Positions 40,019 through 48,184 of a DNA stretch of 64,000 nt are shown here, one piece after another (positions within the stretch are counted from its first letter, which is position 1; the number at the start of each line of letters is the position of its first letter). Made by a program: the position numbers and the translations under genes. Under the pieces are notes generated by a model. That model did not search any database. It was not told where the DNA came from and was given only the letters and a program-made list of their open reading frames with translations. The DNA comes from Cytophagales bacterium (GTDB lineage Bacteria > Bacteroidota > Bacteroidia > Cytophagales > Cyclobacteriaceae), in assembly GCA_034440075.1 (NCBI GenBank), contig JAWXBL010000005.1:34678-98677 (forward strand). The letters are read 5' to 3'.

Positions 40019-40195
40019 GCGCACAACGTCAGTGTATTTGTCCGAAGTGGGAAGTAGGAGGGCTTGCTAAATCCGCCAGTTGGCGGATGGCAAGGCCGAC
40101 TACTCTGCAAGTTCCACGAACTTGGTTGCATTACGAAGATAACTATTTACTTCAACTGTGAATCCCCAGCATGGCATATACACTTTGTTGTGTGC
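40019..40195 (-). repeat. attC-like long repeat, copy 3 (177 bp)
   Basis: gcgcacaac-gtca-gtgtat ... atacac-ttt-gttgtgtgc; the HepT stop codon is 7 nt away. Confidence 0.88.
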
Positions 40196-40202
40196 AGTGC
40201 CC

Positions 40203-40535
40203 TTAGCTGAGTAGAGATTTAATCTCTTTTTCGAGGTCAGGTAAATTTTTGATTATTATCCCCCAAAGAATATCCGCTGACACTGAGTCATAGCCGTGTA
40301 TGATCCTGTTTCTTGTGTCAACTATTTTTCTTGTGTGGCTAATCTTTATTTTAGGATCAATTGCCAAAATGCGACTCATTGCCTCTCCAATGATTTCTAC
40401 ATTGCGTTCAACAGCTCTACGAGTTTTCAGATCCTTTTGAAATTCTTTGAAGTCCTTGATTTCAGGAATGAATGATTTTATTTCAGCAATGGCTTGATCA
40501 ATGTCCTTAAGCCAGGTCTTGATATTATTGTCCAT
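40203..40535 (-). CDS. HepT-like HEPN RNase toxin (DUF86)
   Basis: AVERNVEIIGEA and RNRIIHGYD (RxxxxH plus Tyr). Confidence 0.92.
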   Translation of the reverse strand: MDNNIKTWLKDIDQAIAEIKSFIPEIKDFKEFQKDLKTRRAVERNVEIIGEAMSRILAIDPKIKISHTRKIVDTRNRIIHGYDSVSADILWGIIIKNLPDLEKEIKSLLS

Positions 40536-40827
40536 AGATTAGGACTTTTGACTTGTCTATACTCTGCCTGAGGAAGGGATTTTTGATTGCCCTATTCTCC
40601 AGGAGGTCAATAGATCGGTCCAATATCTTTTCAAGTGCAAATTTGAGCTGGAAATAATTATCAGAGTACTCAAAAGGGTCGCTTGTTTGAAAATCAACCA
40701 TCAGGTCCACGTCACTAGTCTTTGTAAATTGTGTCGTATTAACCGAGCCAAAAGAGTAGAGACTCTTTACCTTGTGATTCTCGCAAAGCCTTAGAATTTG
40801 CTCTTTATAAGTTTCAATTATTCCCAT
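40525..40827 (-). CDS. MntA-like minimal nucleotidyltransferase antitoxin
   Basis: FGSVNTTQFTKTSDVDL (GSx10DxD); overlaps the toxin start. Confidence 0.92.
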   Translation of the reverse strand: MGIIETYKEQILRLCENHKVKSLYSFGSVNTTQFTKTSDVDLMVDFQTSDPFEYSDNYFQLKFALEKILDRSIDLLENRAIKNPFLRQSIDKSKVLIYGQ

Positions 40828-40871
40828 GATGCAAATTTAGCTAATTTTTACTCTAATCTTTGCCGGGCATT

Positions 40872-40959
40872 GCACACAACGTTTGTGTATAAGGCGTTTG
40901 CCTTACCAAAATAGAAATAAACAAAGGAAGGCAAATGACTTATACACTTTGTTGTGCGC
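40872..40959 (-). repeat. attC-like site (88 bp hairpin)
   Basis: gcacacaac / gttgtgcgc ends, with perfect inner pairs gtgtataag/cttatacac and tttgcctt/aaggcaaa. Confidence 0.88.
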
Positions 40960-40973
40960 TGGTTGATTAGTCC

Positions 40974-41462
40974 TCACTTTTTAGTCAGTTGTTTTAAAAT
41001 TCTTTTTGTCAAGTCGTCAGTCAATGGAGAAATCGCATCTTCTTCCTTGTCAACTGATATGTTTAAAGTCGTGTCAATTCTTTTGTCCGTCTTTGGCTCA
41101 ATTTGCTGAAATGTCACTCGATTACAAAGCGGTATTTTTGCACCAAGGGTTTCTAGTTTGACGTATGCGGGCGTTAATAATGACAATTTTATCTTTAAGG
41201 TTTTCTTATCGCTACTGGTTGACGTAATGTCCGTTACAACACACTCAAGGCCATTTGAATTGAGTTGACCAGATAATTGAGAGGCAATTTTGTCAAGAAA
41301 CTCTTTTCCTTCTTTTGATTTAACTGTGTCAATAGTCAAAATGATTTTGTCAGCCTGGATACTGAAATGTTTCCACGGTTTATAATAATAGTATTTCTGT
41401 CCGAAAGAATTGATGGAGAGTCCAAATAGTAAAACTGTAATTAATATTCTTGTCACTCTCAT
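40974..41462 (-). CDS. Secreted hypothetical protein; cassette-like
   Basis: Signal peptide MRVTRILITVLLFGLSINSFGQ; AT-rich; bounded by att-like sites. Confidence 0.7.
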   Translation of the reverse strand: MRVTRILITVLLFGLSINSFGQKYYYYKPWKHFSIQADKIILTIDTVKSKEGKEFLDKIASQLSGQLNSNGLECVVTDITSTSSDKKTLKIKLSLLTPAYVKLETLGAKIPLCNRVTFQQIEPKTDKRIDTTLNISVDKEEDAISPLTDDLTKRILKQLTKK

Positions 41463-41491
41463 TGTCTTGTGTTGTCTCGTCTTATCAACTT

Positions 41492-41500
41492 GCGCACAAC
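41492..41500 (-). repeat. R'-like core site (GTTGTGCGC) marking the first cassette start
   Basis: gcgcacaac on +. A weak partner cttgtgcgg at 41571-41579 gives the same 88-bp span as the previous site. Confidence 0.65.
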
Positions 41501-41619
41501 AACCGTGCATACGCTAAATTGCGTCTACACATCTGCAGCAGACGAATATACGGAATTGCATATATAGGCTCTTGTGCGGATGTTGCCTCCACGGCACCAT
41601 TCCGCGCCGCGCAAAGGAC

Positions 41620-43104
41620 CTAGTACTTTGCTGGCTCGCCCTTCTTTGGCGTTGTCTTTAAGATAAACTGGCGTATATCTTCGTTGGCGGTAACCAAATC
41701 CTCCGCACGCAAATACATCATGTGCCCGCTGCGGTAGCCTTTGAAACTAAAGCGATCTTTCATCTTGCCGCTCGGATCAATCTGCCACATGGTGTATTTT
41801 GCATTGAAGTATTGCGTGGCTCCGTCGTAGTAGCCCGACTGGAACATCACGTTCAGGTACGGGTTTTCTGCCATCGCCAGGCGGAGATTTTTTCCGGTGT
41901 TGTCTCCATCGCGGTTCCAGGGATTGACGGGGCCAAACATGTTGTACTTGATGTCTGTTTTGTACTTCAGCACTTCACGCAGGTAGTAGTTGATGGCCGG
42001 CGTAAAGGAGTGGAGCCACGAGGTGAGCTCTGAATTGTAATCGGGAGACACGCCTGCTTCCTTGGCGTCGATGCCCTTGTACCGGGAATCCAGACGGCCG
42101 ATGGTGTAGCCGCCTTTTTCCCGCAGCAGCTCTTTCCAGAAAAACTGTGCAGGAACATCCAGGTTGTGCTGCAAAATGATTTTCTCTGACATACCGGAGT
42201 ACCGGGCCATCTTAGCCGCAAGTTCTTTGCGCTTCTGATCCGTGATGAACCCGCCGCGGGAAAGTCCGGGGATCAATTCATTCAATGTAAATTCTTCGAC
42301 TTCGGGCAACAAATCCGTAAGGTCCTTAGCCTGTAGATCCGGAGGAAGCATCTTATGATACCATGCTGCAGCAGCAAAATATGGAACGTTCAGCGCTGCA
42401 TCCACCGGGCCGCCGCGCTCAATACCCAGATCGGTTGGCGATACCAAAATCACGCCGTTGAGATACATCCAGTGGGAATTTTGAAGCTCAAGGGCCAGAC
42501 CCGATACGCGCGTGGTGCCGTAGCTTTCGCCGATGAGGTACTTGGCCGACGTCCACCGGTTCTTGCGTGTAACAAAATTGTTGAGCCACTCGGCGAGGTA
42601 CTTGATGTCGGCATTCACACCGAAGAACTTTTCTTTGGGAGTGTCCTTGATCAGGATCCTCGAATAGCCGGTATTTACCGGATTAACATAAACAATATCG
42701 GCAACATCCAGGATGGAATACGGATTCTCCTTGATGCCGTAAGGCTGAACCGGATATCCCTCAGGGTCGATTTCAAGAATGCGTGGACCCGTATAGGCGA
42801 TGTGCATCCATACGGAGGCGGAACCAGGACCTCCATTGAATGAGATCACCAGCGGCCGCGCGGAGCGATTGGTAACATCGGTCCGCTCATAGTACGTATA
42901 CTCAAGCGCTGCAATGGCCTTTCCGTCCTCATCCCAAACGGGCTGCGTGCCGGTGACTACCGAGTAAGGAAACTTTTTGCCTTTTACGGTCACTTCTCCT
43001 GTAGTCGTGATGGTGGAGTCGGCGGCAAGCTTACGGGTTTTCTGGGCGACGGCGGGAGCGATTCCCAGCGCGAGGCAAAGGAGGAGGGAAAGGAGTGTTT
43101 TCAT
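41620..43104 (-). CDS. S10 family serine carboxypeptidase
   Basis: FNGGPGSAS, IGESYG, GYYDGAT and SGHMMY. Confidence 0.9.
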   Translation of the reverse strand: MKTLLSLLLCLALGIAPAVAQKTRKLAADSTITTTGEVTVKGKKFPYSVVTGTQPVWDEDGKAIAALEYTYYERTDVTNRSARPLVISFNGGPGSASVWMHIAYTGPRILEIDPEGYPVQPYGIKENPYSILDVADIVYVNPVNTGYSRILIKDTPKEKFFGVNADIKYLAEWLNNFVTRKNRWTSAKYLIGESYGTTRVSGLALELQNSHWMYLNGVILVSPTDLGIERGGPVDAALNVPYFAAAAWYHKMLPPDLQAKDLTDLLPEVEEFTLNELIPGLSRGGFITDQKRKELAAKMARYSGMSEKIILQHNLDVPAQFFWKELLREKGGYTIGRLDSRYKGIDAKEAGVSPDYNSELTSWLHSFTPAINYYLREVLKYKTDIKYNMFGPVNPWNRDGDNTGKNLRLAMAENPYLNVMFQSGYYDGATQYFNAKYTMWQIDPSGKMKDRFSFKGYRSGHMMYLRAEDLVTANEDIRQFILKTTPKKGEPAKY

Positions 43105-43110
43105 GGATTA

Positions 43111-43148
43111 GAATGTAAAATGTAAAATGATGAATGTAAAATGTAAAA
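43111..43148. repeat. Intergenic 7-nt periodic tandem repeat
   Basis: gaatgtaaaatgtaaaatgatgaatgtaaaatgtaaaa. Confidence 0.7.
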
Positions 43149-43202
43149 GTTAAAGGTTGCAGTATCTAATCTTGCTACTTACTACTTGCATCTTGTGTAT
43201 TG

Positions 43203-44480
43203 CTATGCGAAAGGCTGGTCAATGGCCGGGCTGGGTTCTGAAAACCATTTCACGCCTTCCGTTGTCATGTAAGCACAATCTTCAAGGCGGATGCCGAACT
43301 CCCCGTAAATTGAAATGGTCGGTTCGATGCTGAAGCACATGCCCGGCTGGAAGGGTGTTTTGTTCCCAAGCACCATGTTGCCCCACTCATGGCCGTCCAT
43401 GCCGATGCCGTGGCCCGTACGGTGGGGAAGGCCGGGGACATTGTATCCTGGACCAAAGCCGGCGTCTATAATAACCTTGCGGGAAGCGATGTCAACGTTT
43501 TCACAGGGGTCGCCAAGCCTGGCCGCAGCAAATCCCGCTGCCTGCGATGCTTTTTCCAAATTCCATATTTCACGTTGCCGTTCGGTAGGTTCTCCAAACA
43601 CCACGGTGCGGGTGATATCAGACGCATACCCGCCAACGTTGCAGCCGCCGTCCATCAGCACCACATCGCCCACCTGTAATTTTTGTGGGGTACTGCTTCC
43701 ATGTGGAAAGGCTGAGGCGGCACCAAAGGATGCAAACGCACCGCCGCGGGCGCCGAGTTTGGAATGGGCGCTTGAAATAATTCCGGAGAATTCTCCGGGT
43801 GACATCCCTTCCTTGAGCAAGGGAATGGCGGCGCGGTATGCTTCAATGGTAATGTCGTTGGCTTTCTGCATGAGAGTAAGCTCGGCCGGGCTTTTGAACA
43901 TGCGGCAATTGATGGTTACCGGATCGGCGCTCACGTACTCCAGGGAAGAGGCTTCCTTGCGGATGCCGTCAAAGAGAAAGAACCGGACCCGTTCTTCCAT
44001 TCCGACCTTCCCGCCCCGTATACCGAGATCTGCAAAAATGCCCGCTACCACCTTGTACGGACTCTCGTGTTCTTCCCACACCCGCACCTCATCGCCGATG
44101 GTCATCAGTTCGCGTACACGCGCCTCTTCGAAATGCGGGCTCACGTATTTTATATCGCCTTTAGCCGGAATGATGGCTGCCATCATGCGTTCGCTGGTAC
44201 CCCATTTGATACCGGTAAAGTATTCCATGCTGGTGCCTCCATCGAGGTATATGGCTCCGACCTTGTTCTCCGTCATCAGGCGCTGGGCCTTGGCAATACG
44301 CCCTTTCCGTTCGTCCACCGTGATCGGCTTCACATCTCCTGACATGGACTTCAGCGCATCAAGCGGCGATGAGGCAGCTTCTGCAGGCGAGGTAGGAGTG
44401 GCGCAGCCGGCCATCCCAGAAAGTAACGTGACGGTTCCCGCCGTTACAGCGGATTTCGTGATAAAGTCTCTGCGTCGCAT
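43203..44480 (-). CDS. M24 Xaa-Pro peptidase with Tat/lipoprotein signal
   Basis: MRRRDF Tat motif, DGG..SDITRT, HRTGHGIG, EP and RLED. Confidence 0.92.
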   Translation of the reverse strand: MRRRDFITKSAVTAGTVTLLSGMAGCATPTSPAEAASSPLDALKSMSGDVKPITVDERKGRIAKAQRLMTENKVGAIYLDGGTSMEYFTGIKWGTSERMMAAIIPAKGDIKYVSPHFEEARVRELMTIGDEVRVWEEHESPYKVVAGIFADLGIRGGKVGMEERVRFFLFDGIRKEASSLEYVSADPVTINCRMFKSPAELTLMQKANDITIEAYRAAIPLLKEGMSPGEFSGIISSAHSKLGARGGAFASFGAASAFPHGSSTPQKLQVGDVVLMDGGCNVGGYASDITRTVVFGEPTERQREIWNLEKASQAAGFAAARLGDPCENVDIASRKVIIDAGFGPGYNVPGLPHRTGHGIGMDGHEWGNMVLGNKTPFQPGMCFSIEPTISIYGEFGIRLEDCAYMTTEGVKWFSEPSPAIDQPFA

Positions 44481-44670
44481 AAAGCGTGGGTTATGATTTC
44501 AGTTCGTAAAATACACTTTTGCGCAAGGCTTCAAAGAGTCATTTTTATGGAAGGCGGCTTGGCGGAATCTGGAAGGGGCCACCCAACCTGTCAAAACATT
44601 TTCCCTTCACAAAAGCCGTTCAGGATTCATGTTTTTCGCCTACATTATGAGACCTAAAACTCTATCCAAC

Positions 44671-46782
44671 ATGATGAAATTATTATCCGTTGTTCTGGTC
44701 GCATGCTTTTCCCTCCCAGCCTGGTCGCAGGGATATACGTTCAGCGACATCAAATCAAGTCCGTTTCCAAATGAACTTACAGCTTCCGCATCCGGGTCCC
44801 GCATTGCCTGGGCCTTCAACGAGGAGGGCAGGCGCAACGTCTATGTTGCCGAAGGCCCGGATTTCAAGCCGCGGAAGCTGACCAACTATTCTGTAGACGA
44901 CGGGCAGGAGATATCCAGCCTTGCCATTTCCGATGACGGAAAGTGGGTCGTCTATGTAAAGGGAGGCGATTTCGGTTCCAATTATGACGATGACTTGCCG
45001 GTGAACCCGGGCTTCAGTCCCATGCCGGTCAAGGTGCAGATTTACAGCGTTCCATTTGCTGGCGGAGAGGTAAAGTCGCTGGCAGAAGGCGATGGGCCGG
45101 TCATTTCACCCAAAAGCGATGTTGTCGCATTCATTAAGAACCGGCAGGTGTGGACCAGTCCGATTGATGGATCTACTGCAGCCAAAAACCTTTTCACCAC
45201 CCGCGGAAATGTGGGATCCCAGCAATGGTCACCGGATGGTTCGAAATTGGCCTTTGTCACCAACCGGAGTGATCATTCGTTCATCGGCATTTATACCGAC
45301 GCCACGACGCCGATCCAGTGGGTATCGGCATCGTTCTCTTTTGATTCTTCTCCGCGCTGGTCTCCCGACGGAGGTAAGATGGCCTTCGTCCGTACACCCG
45401 GCAGCGGCGGTGCACCCGACTCCATTCTGGCACGGCGCCATCAGCCCTGGTCTATCTGGACGGCGGACCTGAAAACCCGGCAGGCCGCACAATTGTGGAA
45501 AGCGCCTACAACGTTAGCCGGATCTGTTCCCAGCACGCACGGGTCCACGAACCTGCATTGGGCCGCCGGCGACCGCATCGCGTTCCTTTCTTATCAGGAC
45601 GGATGGCCACACCTGTATTCCATCTCGGCGCTGGGGGGAGCACCCTTGCTGTTAACTCCTGGTTCGTTCATGGCAGAACATATCAAGTTGAGCCCCGACA
45701 GGAAGTGGTTGTACTTCAGCGCCAATGCAGGGCCGGACAAATTGGATCTTGACAGGAGGCATGTGGCCCGCGTTCCCGTTGACAAGGCGGCGATGGAAGT
45801 GATTACGCCGGGGTCGGGATTGGAGTGGACTCCCGCCGTCACCGGAGATGGACTGACATTGGCTTGCATTAGTGCTACGGCCCAGCGCCCCCCACTGCCG
45901 ACGGTATGGAAACTGAATTCCAAAGAGCCCATGCGGTTGATTGCTGACCAAATGATTACTTCTACATTCCCTTTGAGGTCGCTGGTCACACCAAAGAAAG
46001 TGACGTTCACTGCAGTCGACGGGGTGACGGTGCATGCCGACTTGTTTGAGCCTGCGGCTGGGGCCGCCAAAAAACCTGCGATCGTGTACATTCACGGTGG
46101 CCCGCCACGCCAAATGTTGTTGGGCTGGCATTATTCGGACTACTACTCCAACGCCTACGCATCCAATCAATACCTTGCCAGCCTGGGCTTCGTCGTTCTC
46201 TCCGTAAACTACCGGCTGGGGATCGGCTATGGTTATGAATTTCATCAGGCGCCCAACAGCGGACTCCGAGGGGCCGCTGAATACCAGGACATCAAAGCAG
46301 CCGGCGAGTGGCTTGCAAAACAGACGAATGTGGATGCTGCGCGGATAGGAGTGTACGGAGGCTCGTACGGTGGCTACCTCACAGCCCTGGCGCTTGGACG
46401 GGATTCAAAACTGTTCGCCGCCGGTGTCGACATCCACGGCGTGCACGACTGGACCACGGAACGATTCCGTGGATTCAATAATGCAGACAGGCTGGAGAAA
46501 GCACCGGATATTGACAGGGCGCAACATGTTGCCTGGCAGTCTTCGCCCGTTTCATCCATTGCCACCTGGACTTCTCCTGTGCTTATCATCCACGGCGATG
46601 ACGACCGCAATGTGCGTTTCAATCAGAGCACTGACCTGGTACGCCGTCTTGACAAGAAGGGAGTAGTGATGGAAACGCTTGTGGTCGTTGACGACACGCA
46701 CCATTGGATGAAACACACCAATGCCGTGCTGGTTTATTCTGCCACCGCAGATTATTTTATAAAGAAGTTGATGAAGAAGTAA
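44671..46782 (+). CDS. S9 prolyl oligopeptidase with WD40-like (PD40) propeller
   Basis: WSPDG repeats, GGSYGG, HGDDD and DDTHH. Start moved to MMKLL. Confidence 0.92.
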   Translation: MMKLLSVVLVACFSLPAWSQGYTFSDIKSSPFPNELTASASGSRIAWAFNEEGRRNVYVAEGPDFKPRKLTNYSVDDGQEISSLAISDDGKWVVYVKGGDFGSNYDDDLPVNPGFSPMPVKVQIYSVPFAGGEVKSLAEGDGPVISPKSDVVAFIKNRQVWTSPIDGSTAAKNLFTTRGNVGSQQWSPDGSKLAFVTNRSDHSFIGIYTDATTPIQWVSASFSFDSSPRWSPDGGKMAFVRTPGSGGAPDSILARRHQPWSIWTADLKTRQAAQLWKAPTTLAGSVPSTHGSTNLHWAAGDRIAFLSYQDGWPHLYSISALGGAPLLLTPGSFMAEHIKLSPDRKWLYFSANAGPDKLDLDRRHVARVPVDKAAMEVITPGSGLEWTPAVTGDGLTLACISATAQRPPLPTVWKLNSKEPMRLIADQMITSTFPLRSLVTPKKVTFTAVDGVTVHADLFEPAAGAAKKPAIVYIHGGPPRQMLLGWHYSDYYSNAYASNQYLASLGFVVLSVNYRLGIGYGYEFHQAPNSGLRGAAEYQDIKAAGEWLAKQTNVDAARIGVYGGSYGGYLTALALGRDSKLFAAGVDIHGVHDWTTERFRGFNNADRLEKAPDIDRAQHVAWQSSPVSSIATWTSPVLIIHGDDDRNVRFNQSTDLVRRLDKKGVVMETLVVVDDTHHWMKHTNAVLVYSATADYFIKKLMKK

Positions 46783-47435
46783 TGCCTGAGAAAAAGGTTT
46801 CCATTCTTGTTTCGAAAGCGATCGGGAAGGTCTCGGCAAAAGTTATAGCTGCAAAGAAAGCGAAGGGTGTGCTGATGCTGGCGCATGGTGCCGGCGCCGG
46901 CATGGATCATCCGTTCATGAAAGCATTGGCGGAGGAGCTGGAAAAACTCTCCGTGACAACCATTCGCTATAATTTCCCATACATGGAAAACAAAAAGGGA
47001 CGGCCGGATATGCCTGCGGTAGCCACGGCGACGGTGGGTGCTGTTGCGAAGGAAGCGAAGAAGCTTTTTCCAAAATTTCCTTTGTTCGTCAGCGGAAAGT
47101 CGTTTGGGGGACGGATGACTTCCCATTGGGTTTCAAAAGAAAATCCCGTAGGTGTTCAGGGCCTGGTGTTTTATGGCTTTCCGTTGCACGCACCGGGAGC
47201 ACCTTCAAAGGAACGTGCTGAGCACCTTTATACCATCGTGAAGCCGTTACTTTTTCTCCAGGGAACGCGAGACACGCTCGCTGATCTGACATTACTAAAG
47301 AAGGTCTGCAAAAAATTGGCCGCCTCGACGCTGGTGACCTTTGAAAAAGCCGACCATAGTTTCAAAGCCGGGAAGGATAATCTGATTCCGAAACTGGCGG
47401 CGGTGACAGTGGAGTGGATGGGAGGAATAGTTTAA
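46782..47435 (+). CDS. Alpha/beta hydrolase (KANL3/Tex30-like)
   Basis: LAHGAGAGMDH, GKSFGGR, QGTRD and ADHSF. Confidence 0.85.
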   Translation: MPEKKVSILVSKAIGKVSAKVIAAKKAKGVLMLAHGAGAGMDHPFMKALAEELEKLSVTTIRYNFPYMENKKGRPDMPAVATATVGAVAKEAKKLFPKFPLFVSGKSFGGRMTSHWVSKENPVGVQGLVFYGFPLHAPGAPSKERAEHLYTIVKPLLFLQGTRDTLADLTLLKKVCKKLAASTLVTFEKADHSFKAGKDNLIPKLAAVTVEWMGGIV

Positions 47436-47447
47436 GGTTTATGGTTC

Positions 47448-47523
47448 AAGGTTCCCCTCCTCCACGGGACGCTTACGCTTGCGCCGAAGCTTCAGCGTAG
47501 GAGCACGGCGGGCAGGAAGGTTC
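47448..47523. repeat. 62-bp GC-rich palindromic insert flanked by AAGGTTC direct repeats
   Basis: AAGGTTC at 47448-47454 and 47517-47523; imperfect palindrome CGCCGAAGCTTCAGCG at 47482-47497. Confidence 0.55.
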
Positions 47524-47547
47524 AAGGTAGGGTCTAATGTCCAAGTT

Positions 47548-48045
47548 ATGTCATACGTAAAATTAATTACAGTTGTTGGGGTTGTCGTGATCGTATCCAT
47601 CCGATGCACGACGGAAGCAACTCCATCGAACGATGAAAGGGAAATACGTGAAACCCGGTCCATGTCGAACAAGGCCATTGCCGAACACGATACGGCGGCG
47701 CTGGTCCAATCATGGACCCCAGACTATCACCTGGTTTCGTCCCGGAATCTTCAAGTCGCGGGCAGGACGGAAAATACGCGGAACATACAGACCAATTTTG
47801 ACGCGATTCCGGATGTTATCTACATACGAACGCCCGGGTCCATCGATATTTACAGTGACTGGAAAATGGCGGGAGAAACCGGGACATGGGTGGGCCGGTG
47901 GACGGATCGGGGAGATCAGATTGAGCTGCGCGGTACCTACTTTGCCAAGTGGCACCAAGTAGATGGTCGCTGGCTGATCCGCGCTGAAATATTTGTGCCA
48001 CTATCCTGTTCCGGGGGGGCATATTGTGATAAAGGACCCATCTAA
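47548..48045 (+). CDS. NTF2-like (DUF4440) lipoprotein
   Basis: Lipobox-like SIRC and GTYFAKWHQVDGRWLIRAE. Confidence 0.8.
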   Translation: MSYVKLITVVGVVVIVSIRCTTEATPSNDEREIRETRSMSNKAIAEHDTAALVQSWTPDYHLVSSRNLQVAGRTENTRNIQTNFDAIPDVIYIRTPGSIDIYSDWKMAGETGTWVGRWTDRGDQIELRGTYFAKWHQVDGRWLIRAEIFVPLSCSGGAYCDKGPI

Positions 48046-48184
48046 CTCGCAAATCAAGTTTTTGATCAGCAGTGTGCACCATGGCGACAGTTCCGAGGGG
48101 GAGCAATGAAATGACCCGGTGACCCTGTCGGCAAATCCGGAATTAACAACTTAATTTTGTCGCACTACAAAAATCAACGCTGAG

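Noticed and set aside
22727-40195. The three long repeats as a CRISPR array or group II intron ends
   Set aside because: They are about 170 bp, kilobases apart and separated by whole genes. No cas or reverse transcriptase gene is present.
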